Made by a program: the position numbers and the translations under genes
Shown: positions 21,256 to 29,680 of the stretch, one piece after another
Numbering within the stretch: the stretch's first letter is position 1
Layout: the number at the start of each line of letters is the position of its first letter
Notes under the pieces: model-generated
What the model was told of the DNA's origin: nothing
Database searches by the model: none
The model's input: the letters and a program-made list of their open reading frames with translations, nothing else
Source: an uncultured delta proteobacterium
GTDB taxonomy: Bacteria > Myxococcota > Myxococcia > SLRQ01
DNA length: 64,000 nt
NCBI GenBank assembly: GCA_963727485.1
Contig: CAVSGM010000011.1
Location: forward strand, 544,001-608,000
Direction: 5' to 3'

Positions 21256-21780
21256 ATGGCCCGCCGCACGCTCAAGGTCGCCCGGAACCTCTCCTTCGTC
21301 CGCAGCCTCCGCTGGGTGCTCTGGGGGCTGCTCGCCCTCTCGGTGCTGCTCACCGTCCTCGGGCCGCCGACGTGGCTCGTGCGCGACGTGGACACCGGGC
21401 GCCTCTCACGCCTGGTGCTCCTGGGGCCCACGGTGCTCTTCTCGGTCTTCGTGGTGGCGTTTGCGGTCTACCGCTTCGCCCTGGTCCGGGCCGGGCGCTA
21501 CAACGCGGGCAAGGCCTTCCTCCAGGTGGGCCTCTCGGCGCTGGTGCTGCTCTTCATGGTCCCCCAGGGGTTGCAGCGCTACCGCGAGGCCGGGGGCGAG
21601 GCCCTGACCCCGGTGGACCTCAGCCCGGTGCTCGGGAGCCCCGATCCCCTGGCCCGGGTGGCGGCCTGCGAGGCCATCGCCGCCCGCCGCGGAGACCCCG
21701 ACGCCCGGGCCCTCGCCCGGCAGCACGCCGACGACGATCCCGACGCCCGGGTCCGCGCCGCCTGCGCCCGGGTCCGGTAG
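21256..21780 (+). CDS. Membrane protein with C-terminal HEAT-like repeat
   Basis: 3 TM segments; SPDPLARVAACEA, DPDARVRAACA. Confidence 0.7.
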   Translation: MARRTLKVARNLSFVRSLRWVLWGLLALSVLLTVLGPPTWLVRDVDTGRLSRLVLLGPTVLFSVFVVAFAVYRFALVRAGRYNAGKAFLQVGLSALVLLFMVPQGLQRYREAGGEALTPVDLSPVLGSPDPLARVAACEAIAARRGDPDARALARQHADDDPDARVRAACARVR

Positions 21781-21870
21781 GGCCCCGCCCTCGGGGCCCT
21801 GGGGCCGACGCGGCTCCGGCCCAGTGGACGACCCCGGGCGCCTCTGCTATCCGACCTCCGGAACCAGGCC

Positions 21871-22323
21871 ATGCCCGACACCGTCGACCCGCACCCCTAC
21901 GAGACCTTCCGCGACTACCTCGCCGACCAGGGCCTCAAGTCCACCCGACAGCGCGACCTCATCGCCCGGGTGTTCTTCAAGACCGAGTCGCACCTCAACG
22001 TCGACGAGCTGCTCCGCCGGGTGCGCAAGCTGGACCCGCGGATCAGCCAGGCCACGGTCTACCGGACCCTCAAGCTCCTCAAGGCCTCGGGGCTCGCCGA
22101 GGAGCGGCACTTCGGCGACGGCCAGGCGCGCTACGAGGTCGCCGACGAGGGCAACGAGCACCACGACCACCTCATCTGCGTGCGCTGCGGGAAGATCGTC
22201 GAGTTCGTCAACCCGCGGATCGAGGCGCTCCAGGACCAGGTCGCCGCCGAGCACGGCTTCAAGGTGACCCACCACAAGATGGAGCTCTACGGGCTCTGCG
22301 CGGAGTGCCAGGGAGGCCGGTGA
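21871..22323 (+). CDS. fur: Fur-family transcriptional regulator
   Basis: STRQR, ISQATVYRTLKLL, HHDHLICVRCG, YGLCAEC. Confidence 0.93.
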   Translation: MPDTVDPHPYETFRDYLADQGLKSTRQRDLIARVFFKTESHLNVDELLRRVRKLDPRISQATVYRTLKLLKASGLAEERHFGDGQARYEVADEGNEHHDHLICVRCGKIVEFVNPRIEALQDQVAAEHGFKVTHHKMELYGLCAECQGGR

Positions 22324-22826
22324 CGGCCGCGGCTGCGCCGTGTCGCCCGCTCCGCGCCGTGCGGCCTCCTCCTTGCTCTCTGCAGGGGGTAGTGGCGTCG
22401 ACCCATGTGCAGCATCGAGGCCGCAGCGTCGCCGGGGAGTCGTAGGGCCCAGGCCTGCGACCGATGGCTTGTCTGCCACGCGGCGACGCTGACCGGGGAA
22501 TCCCACCCGGCGCTCCGGGGACGACGAGATGGAATGGTTCGACGCTCGCGGCGGTGGCCTGGAGGCGCAAGGATTGCGCAAGCCCAGGTGCAAGACAGAA
22601 AGGGATACCTCCCTGAAACGACGGTGAAGGCGTCGTCTGCGGACGCAATCGAGCGGTCTCCGTCCCATGAACTGTCTGTGCTTGACTTCGTTACATTGAA
22701 TCAACTAGTAAGAATACCTGGGAGGCTAAAAACCTAATACGTAGTGCTTCATGAAGGAACCCTGTCGGCCGTAGCGTAGTGCGCTGGGCGGGCGACAGGC
22801 TGCTTCAGCTTGCACATGGGGGATTC

Positions 22827-23382
22827 ATGCTACGAGGCACCATCGCGCTGGGAATCCTGTTCGCAACAGGAGTCGTCATCGGTCGTTCGCAGGCGCCAAG
22901 GATCGCGCCGCACGAGGTGACAGGGGAGAGTTCACGGCAGCCCACCTCCGAGCATCTGCTCTGCCGAGGCGGTGCCAAGGCCGCCTTTCAGGTGCACATT
23001 GACCCGGTCTCGTTCCTGACTGGTGTGGCTGGAGACAGGCTCCAGTTCCGGGTCAGGCTTGTCACGACACGCAGGCTTCCGTTGAACGCGCGATACGCGG
23101 TCGAGGTGGTGGACGACCGGGGCCGAGAAATGGTCGCTCCTGGAGCACTCCAGCGACCTGCGCCTGTCCTCCGGCAGCCTCCGCGATCAGACCCGGGCGA
23201 CCCCGGCAAACCTGCCGAACGGGTACTACCTGTTGCGGGTGTCGGCCGCAGCTGCTGGTCCGGACGGGTCCGAAAGTGCCATGGATCAAGTGTACCTGCA
23301 CCAGTCTGCCTCCGGCTTGGACATCCTGGACAGCGACCACTGGTACGCCAACTCCAACGCAAATCAGGGGGTGAAGCTGTGA
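22827..23382 (+). CDS. Exported hypothetical protein (Ig-like), indel near 23138
   Basis: N-terminal hydrophobic segment; after shift reads LEHSSDL...LPNGYYLLRVSA...QGVKL*, TGA overlapping next GTG. Confidence 0.5.
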
Positions 23383-24652
23383 GAAGGCTACTCTCCGCGG
23401 CAATGCTGTTTCTCGCCACGACCCTCCCTCCTTTGCTCATGCCAACACCTGCCGCAGCATCCCAGGGAATCATCTCGGGGCGGATCACCCAGTACGAGAA
23501 CGAGGGCAACTACTGCCCAACGTACCGAAACTGCACCGGCGCCAAGTACCTGCAGGCGGACTATCAGACCTACCTGGGGGTTCGCCACGTGATTGTCTAC
23601 ATGCTCGACAGCTCGAGCGGTGCAGTTGTGGGACAAGCCCAGACGGACGACGCTGGCTACTTCTCGATTGGCTGGGTTGACCTGTTCACCACGGGCAACA
23701 TCACGGCATCCCTGCACTGGTCCCCAGAGGATGCCAATGGCAGGTTCGCGGTTCACGATTCGTCGGGCAACCGGTGGGTCATGTGGACCTATGCTTTCAC
23801 TGCGATCTCCGGAGCATCGAATCAGTCCGTTGGTACCTACGGGTGGGGCAGCGCAGCGACGCCGAACGAGATTACAAATGTGTACGATGGGGCTGCTCGG
23901 ATGTGGAACGATGCCCTGGCGCAGTCCAATCGCATGTACTCCTACTTCACCGGAGTGGACATCCGGGCCTTCAGCGACAACGGCGGGCTCTGCAAGACGA
24001 GTTGCGCTATTGGGACCGACAACCGGATCTACCTGAACCCCGGCTCTGCCTACGAACCGGAGGGCCGGGTGATGCATGAGATGGGGCACATTGCATCCTA
24101 CCGAGCCAGCCGGGATCAGAGCTTCTCCCAGTCTCTCGACTACAACTACCCACAGACCGGCAGTGGCGGTGGATGGAGCCTGTCGAGTACCGAGTGGTCG
24201 TCAGCCAGCTTCGAGGAAGGTCTGGCGACCTTCCTTGGTGACGTCGGCCTGTACGGCCAGTCGGCAGTGGAGCCGTATACGTGTGTAAGCCCCTACGTAT
24301 GCGCGACTGGGTTCTTCGACACGGAAACCAGCCTTGGCTCCAACTGCGCGACTGGCGAGGACCGCGAACCCATCAACGTTGTCCGATATCTGCGCGACTC
24401 ATATGACACTCACGTAGACTACGCTGGTGAGACGCTCTCTAGCCCTACTACGCGTTTCTGGACACGATCAACGCCTTCGACAACGGGACGGGCAACCGGC
24501 AGAAGGACGAGCCTCAGTGCTGTGTGCTCGGCATTTGCTGGACCTGCGACCAGGACGGGCGCTCGGCGGTCGACTTCCGTGAGAACTGGAAGACGTGGGG
24601 CACAGACTCGCAGACACAGTGGTCGGACAACTGTGGCCCCACAGGAGACTGA
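23379..24652 (+). CDS. Secreted gluzincin-type zinc metallopeptidase-like protein; indel near 24442
   Basis: Signal peptide; MHEMGH plus downstream FEEGLATF; shifted C-terminus YYAFLDTINAFDNG...DNCGPTGD*. Confidence 0.65.
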
Positions 24653-24687
24653 GGGTGACGGCCAGGCCCGACGTACCAAGATCACAG

Positions 24688-25413
24688 ATGGCAGGCCGGC
24701 GCCGCCTGCAGCGACTCGGCGGATACCTCGTGCTGGCGGCGTTGGCCGTGGGCGGAGGGATGCTCCTGGGGCGGTCGCCTTTGCTGGCGCGGCCGCCAGT
24801 GCGCCTGCGCAAGACTGGTGAACGCCAGCGCCCCATGGCTGCCGTGACCCAGGTGGGCGGTTCGGGGCGCGCCCCACCGACGGGTCTGGGCGCTCGAGCC
24901 GCGCCTGGCAGGCCTGCTCCCAGGCCCGCAGGGCGCCGGGTTGCCAGCGGTGCGCACTTGGTCCGCCTGCCTCCTGGCGTCGCGCCGCCCCCGAGGTACT
25001 ATCCCCGTGATCCGAACGAGTGGCAGGGGATGCTCATTGACCAGAGCATACAGCCGGAATGCGATGTATCAGCCCATTGTGGACTGGCGCTGGCCTGCAT
25101 CCACAATCGGTGCGGGCCGTGCACGTCCGATTCCGACTGCAACTCCGGTGAGGAGTGCGTGCTCGACCATTGCGTGATAGCTGCGAATGTCGTTTGCCGG
25201 AGCAGATCGGATTGTCCGGATGGAGAGCTCTGCGTGCTGAGTGGCTACTCGCATGATCCCCGCGGAAACAGCGACATGCGTGCTACCTGCCTAGCGCCCA
25301 CGGGAGGCCGAGAGGAACCGGCCCACACCGCGGCCGGCGAGCCCAGGGTGGCAGCACAAAAGCCTCCGGTGACATTCACCGGTTTGCGTCGCAGCCTGGG
25401 CGGCAACCCGTGA
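24688..25413 (+). CDS. Membrane-anchored Cys-rich repeat protein
   Basis: N-terminal TM; PRDPNEWQGM; CTSDSDCNSGEECVLDHC / CRSRSDCPDGELC repeats. Confidence 0.65.
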   Translation: MAGRRRLQRLGGYLVLAALAVGGGMLLGRSPLLARPPVRLRKTGERQRPMAAVTQVGGSGRAPPTGLGARAAPGRPAPRPAGRRVASGAHLVRLPPGVAPPPRYYPRDPNEWQGMLIDQSIQPECDVSAHCGLALACIHNRCGPCTSDSDCNSGEECVLDHCVIAANVVCRSRSDCPDGELCVLSGYSHDPRGNSDMRATCLAPTGGREEPAHTAAGEPRVAAQKPPVTFTGLRRSLGGNP

Positions 25414-26165
25414 TGCGTTCTTTCGCGCTCTCCCTCCTGCTCGTCCTGGCCGCGACCGCCGGCTGCGGGGGCACCGTGGCGGTGCTGCCGGCCTACGAAG
25501 TGGCCCTCCCGGAGATTTGCTTCCAGGATCCCGACGCCGCCACCCGGTCCACGCCCTTCGTCGCCGACGGAAACGCGGCCACCCTCACGCTGACGGGCAC
25601 GGTGACGTCCGTCGACCACGCCGTCGACCCTACCACCCGGTCCTGGACCGGGACCTGCGCCGACCACCCGAAGGTCCTGGGGACGGTCTTCGCCCTCGAC
25701 GATGGCGCCGGCACGACCTGGACCTTCGGGCTCGCCCTGCTGCGGCACGACGGGACGGACCACTCCCCGGCCCTGGCCCTGGCCCCGGGCCAGACGGTGA
25801 CCGTCGGCTACGCCCAGGACTTCGCGCACGCCGGCGACCACGCGTTGCAGGTGACGGACGCCGAGGGCACCGTGCTCGCGGTCGACGACCTCCGGGGCGT
25901 CCTGCAGTCCGGCAGGCTCCACGGGTTCACCGTGACGCGCGGGGACTTCACCGGGCCCGTCGCGTCGGGTGACTGCGGCGAGACGCGCGCCACCACGACC
26001 CGGTTCAAGGGCGACACCACCGCGACCCTCGCCCCCGGCGACACCGGGACCTTCCGGGCGGCCGGGCACACCCTCCACGCCTTCGCGAGCTGGAGCTGGG
26101 TGGAGCGGGCCGGGTGGCGCTGCTCCGACGTCGTGCGGCCGCTGGCCTACTTCGTGTGGCGCTAG
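25410..26165 (+). CDS. Hypothetical lipoprotein
   Basis: Lipobox TAGC; beta-rich; host-like codon usage. Confidence 0.65.
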   Translation: MMRSFALSLLLVLAATAGCGGTVAVLPAYEVALPEICFQDPDAATRSTPFVADGNAATLTLTGTVTSVDHAVDPTTRSWTGTCADHPKVLGTVFALDDGAGTTWTFGLALLRHDGTDHSPALALAPGQTVTVGYAQDFAHAGDHALQVTDAEGTVLAVDDLRGVLQSGRLHGFTVTRGDFTGPVASGDCGETRATTTRFKGDTTATLAPGDTGTFRAAGHTLHAFASWSWVERAGWRCSDVVRPLAYFVWR

Positions 26166-26205
26166 CCCGGCGGACGGTGGCTCAGCCGCGCCGGCGGTCC
26201 CGGCG

Positions 26206-27167
26206 TCACCCGCCCCGGCGGTCCCGGCGCTGCGCCTGCCGGTGGGCCCGGAGCGCCCGGCGCAGCTCCAGGCGCGCCACCTTCCGCCGGCGCCGCGCCT
26301 GGGTCTTCACCGAGGGCTTGCGACCCCGACGCGGCATCTGCTCGTCGAGGGGCTCGGCGAAGCTCCCCGGGGCGGGCCCCCAGCTCGAAGATGGCGATCT
26401 CCGCGCTGGCCCCGCTGGCCCATGCGCACCGGCAGCACCGCGGCGCCGATCCCGGCGCCCACGTAGACCGCCCCCACGTCGTCGCCGTCGCGGTTGCCGT
26501 AGATCCCGTGGATGTACTTGTGGCCGGCCAGGTGGCCGAGGGCCAGCTCGTGGAGCCGCGCCACGGTGATCTGGCCCCCGTGGGTGTGGCCCGAGAGGAC
26601 CAGGGGCACGCCGCGATCCCAGAGCCGGTCCGCCTCCTCGGCGATGTGCGAGAGGCCGAGGGTGGGCAGGTCGCGCCGGAGCCCGCGCAGGGCGCGCTCC
26701 CGGTCGGCGTGGCCGGTGTAGGCGTCGTCGAGGCCCAGGATCTGGAGCCGCTCGTGGCCGAGCTCGAGGACGGTGTGGGCGTTGTCGAGGACGAGCGCCC
26801 CGGACCGGCGCAGGGTCCGGCGGACCTCGTCGCCGCCGCACCAGTGGTCATGGTTGCCGAGGACCGCCACCACCGGGGCGTCGAAGGCCTCGATGACCTC
26901 TTGCAGCGCGTCGAGCCACAGCTGGCTGTGGCTGACGAAGTCGCCGGTGATGACCACCAGGTCCGGGGCCTCGGCGTTGGTCAGCGCCACCGCCGCGTGC
27001 TGCACCCGCATGGGCGTGACCCGCCCCACGTGGAGGTCGGTGAGGTGGGCGACGCGCAGGGGCCGGGTGAGGGACTCGGCGTGGTCGACGGCGCCGGCGA
27101 ACCGGCGGACGTGGATCCGGGCGGCGGCGCGGGCTTCGGGGGCGAGCGGGGCGGCGACGTGCTGCAT
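26206..27167 (-). CDS. Metallophosphoesterase (YkuE/calcineurin-like); two indels near 26402 and 26366
   Basis: TDLHVG, ITGDF, LGNHD, LSH, LSGHTHGGQ motifs. Confidence 0.85.
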
Positions 27168-27238
27168 CAAGACTCCAGGATGCCGATGGGGGGCCGTCCG
27201 GGCAACCGCTGCCCGAGGCCTTATCGTCCCGGTCGCCC

Positions 27239-27907
27239 ATGATACACCTTCTCGCGATGGCCCCCGCGCCCCCCAGATCCGCCCGGCTCACGGCCCCCGG
27301 CACCGCCCTCGCCCTCGTCGCCGCCCTCGCCCTCGGCCTCGGCGGCTGCGCCCACGCGCCGCCGGCCCCAAGCCCGGCGAACCCCGCCTACCCCATGGAC
27401 CTCACCCTGGTCTCCGCCGACGGGGGGCAGGTCTCGGTCTCCGACTACACCGGGCAGGTGGTGGTGGTGAACTTCTTCGCCACCTGGTGCATGCCCTGCC
27501 TGGCGGAGATGCCCTACCTCGACTCCCTGAAGCAGAAGGTCCCCGGGGTCCAGGTGGTGGGCATCGCCATGGACCAGGACGCGGCGAAGGTCCTGCCCCT
27601 GTTCCGCCGGCAGTTCCACCTGGGTTACCCCATCCTCCTCGCCGACGACGACGTCTTCCAGGGGCGCACGATCTACGGCCGCATCCCGGCCATCCCCGCC
27701 ACCTTCCTCCTCGACCAGAAGGGGCGCCTGGTCCTCGCCGTCGCCGGGGCCCTCGACCCGCCCACCTTCACCCCGCTCTTGCGCAAGGTGGTCGCCGGGA
27801 AGGTCCACGGGGCGGCCCCGGGGCAGGCGTCCTCGGGCCTCGGGCCCGGGGGCATCGGCCCGGCCCGGCCGAGGCGACCTCTGGCGTCCCCGCCGCCTGC
27901 GGGTTAG
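27239..27907 (+). CDS. TlpA/ResA-family thiol-disulfide oxidoreductase lipoprotein
   Basis: Lipobox LGGC; VVNFFATWCMPCLAEMP; IPATFLLD. Confidence 0.9.
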   Translation: MIHLLAMAPAPPRSARLTAPGTALALVAALALGLGGCAHAPPAPSPANPAYPMDLTLVSADGGQVSVSDYTGQVVVVNFFATWCMPCLAEMPYLDSLKQKVPGVQVVGIAMDQDAAKVLPLFRRQFHLGYPILLADDDVFQGRTIYGRIPAIPATFLLDQKGRLVLAVAGALDPPTFTPLLRKVVAGKVHGAAPGQASSGLGPGGIGPARPRRPLASPPPAG

Positions 27908-27919
27908 CCTCCCTGCCCC

Positions 27920-28597
27920 ATGGTGGAACTCCTCGTCAAGGGCGGCCCGGTGATGGTCCCGATCCTCTTGGGATCGGTCATCGCGCTGGCCGTGTTCATC
28001 GAGCGTATGTGGGCCCTGCGCCGCCGCAAGGTGGTGCCCGACGACCTGGGCGACCAGGTCCGCAGCCTGGTGGGTGAGGGCCGCCTCGACGGCGCCGTCG
28101 CCGTCTGCGAGCGCGCCGACGCCGCCATCGCCCGGGTCTTCCTCGCGGGGCTGCGCCTCGCCGGCAAGCCCCGGGAGCTGGTCAAGGAGCGCATCGAGGA
28201 GGTGGGCCGGCGGGAGACCGTGCAGCTCGAGCGCTACGTGGGCGTCCTCGGGGTCATCGCCGCCCTCGAGCCGCTGCTGGGCCTCCTGGGCACGGTCACC
28301 GGGATGATCAAGGTCTTCCAGAACGTGGTGAAGCAGGGCCTCGGCGACCCGCGGATCCTCGCCAGCGGCATCTGGGAGGCGCTGATCACCACCGCCGCCG
28401 GGCTGGTCGTGGCCATCCCCACCTACATCCTCTGGCGCTGGCTCCTGGCCAAGGTGCGCGACCGGGTGCTGGAGATGGAGGACGACGCGGTGGGCATGAT
28501 GGACCTGCTCACCGAGCACGCCGCCGCCGCCGGGGCCGCCGGTTCCGACGCCCCCGCCCCGGCCCCAAAGACCCCCGCGGCCGAGGCCGCGCCGTGA
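27920..28597 (+). CDS. exbB: MotA/TolQ/ExbB proton channel protein
   Basis: PLLGLLGTVTGMI, GIWEALITTAAGLVVAIP. Confidence 0.92.
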   Translation: MVELLVKGGPVMVPILLGSVIALAVFIERMWALRRRKVVPDDLGDQVRSLVGEGRLDGAVAVCERADAAIARVFLAGLRLAGKPRELVKERIEEVGRRETVQLERYVGVLGVIAALEPLLGLLGTVTGMIKVFQNVVKQGLGDPRILASGIWEALITTAAGLVVAIPTYILWRWLLAKVRDRVLEMEDDAVGMMDLLTEHAAAAGAAGSDAPAPAPKTPAAEAAP

Positions 28598-29019
28598 ACT
28601 TCCGGCCCCGAAGCGAGATCGAGGAGCCGCGGATCGACATCGCGCCGCTCATCGACATCGTCTTCCAGCTCCTGATCTTCTTCCTGCTCACCAGCACCTT
28701 CGCCCTCCACCCGGTCTTCGACGTCACCCTGCCCACCTCGTCCCAGAAGACGCGGCAGAAGCCCCAGAAGGACGAGGTGGCGGTGAACGTCACCCGGGAC
28801 GGCCAGGTGCTCATCGACGGGAAGGCCACCGACGACGCCGCCCTCGAGGCGACCTTCCGGGCCGCGGCCAAGGCCCACCCGGACACGGTGTTGCTCCTCC
28901 AGGCAGACACCAACGCGACCCACGGCAAGGTGGTCCACGTCATGGACCTGGCCCGGACCGCGGGGCTCCGGCGCCTGGCCATCGTCACCAAGTCCCAGCC
29001 GGGTCCGGCGACGCCGTGA
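28594..29019 (+). CDS. exbD: ExbD/TolR family protein
   Basis: IDIAPLIDIVFQLLIFFLL, LLQAD..ATHGKVVHVMD. Confidence 0.92.
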   Translation: MNFRPRSEIEEPRIDIAPLIDIVFQLLIFFLLTSTFALHPVFDVTLPTSSQKTRQKPQKDEVAVNVTRDGQVLIDGKATDDAALEATFRAAAKAHPDTVLLLQADTNATHGKVVHVMDLARTAGLRRLAIVTKSQPGPATP

Positions 29020-29294
29020 GGACCGAGAAGCTCGATCTCCTCCTCGCCGGGTTCACCGCCTTCGTGGTCATGGCGGCGGTCCTGGGGGTCTGGGGCCTGG
29101 TGCGACACCGGCCGATGATCGAGTACCGGCCCGAGAGTGGGGGCTACCTGCCCTACACCGGGCCCGCGGCGGCGCCGCCGCAGGCGACGACAATCCGGCG
29201 CGCGCCGGGGCCGTCGCCCGCGGTCCCCGCCCCGCATCCGGCGTCTGCGGCCACGGCACCCGCGGTCCCGAGCCCGGCCGACGCCGGCCCCTGA
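29016..29294 (+). CDS. Small single-TM Pro/Ala-rich protein
   Basis: GTGA-coupled to exbD; TM then Pro-rich tail. Confidence 0.5.
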   Translation: MRTEKLDLLLAGFTAFVVMAAVLGVWGLVRHRPMIEYRPESGGYLPYTGPAAAPPQATTIRRAPGPSPAVPAPHPASAATAPAVPSPADAGP

Positions 29295-29308
29295 GCGCCC
29301 CGCCGACC

Positions 29309-29364
29309 CAGGGTGCAACAGGGTGCAACGGCTTTCTTGCCGGCCCGGATCCCGGTGGTACCAT
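29309..29364 (+). promoter_or_regulatory. Tandem 10-bp repeat plus sigma70-like promoter upstream of ftsB
   Basis: CAGGGTGCAA x2 (29309-29328); TTGCCG-N16-TACCAT. Confidence 0.4.
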
Positions 29365-29371
29365 CGCCGCG

Positions 29372-29680
29372 ATGGTCCGGGATGCACGCAAGTGGGGGCT
29401 GATGGTGGTGGGCCTCTCGGTGGCTCTGGCCGCCGCGTCGGCCCTCGGGCCCAGGGGGGTTCGGCACCTGCGCCGCCTCGACCGGGAGGCTGCCCGGATC
29501 GAGGCCGCCGACGCCGCCCTCGAGGCCCAGAACGACCGCCTCATCCTCCGCATCGACGCCCTCCGCAACGACCCGCGGACCCTGGAGTCGGTGGCCCGGG
29601 ACGAGCTGGGGATGGTGAAGCCCGGCGAGGTCGTCTTCCGCTTCGTGCCCGAGGCCCCCGAGGCCGGGGCGTCCAGATGA
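29372..29680 (+). CDS. ftsB: Septum formation initiator FtsB/DivIC
   Basis: TM, GPRG, coiled coil, ESVARDELGMVKPGEVVF. Confidence 0.88.
   Translation: MVRDARKWGLMVVGLSVALAAASALGPRGVRHLRRLDREAARIEAADAALEAQNDRLILRIDALRNDPRTLESVARDELGMVKPGEVVFRFVPEAPEAGASR

Noticed and set aside
22779..24821. 680-aa single ORF in the islet
   Set aside because: Two genes joined through an indel; alternative frames give sensible protein and a GTGA junction.
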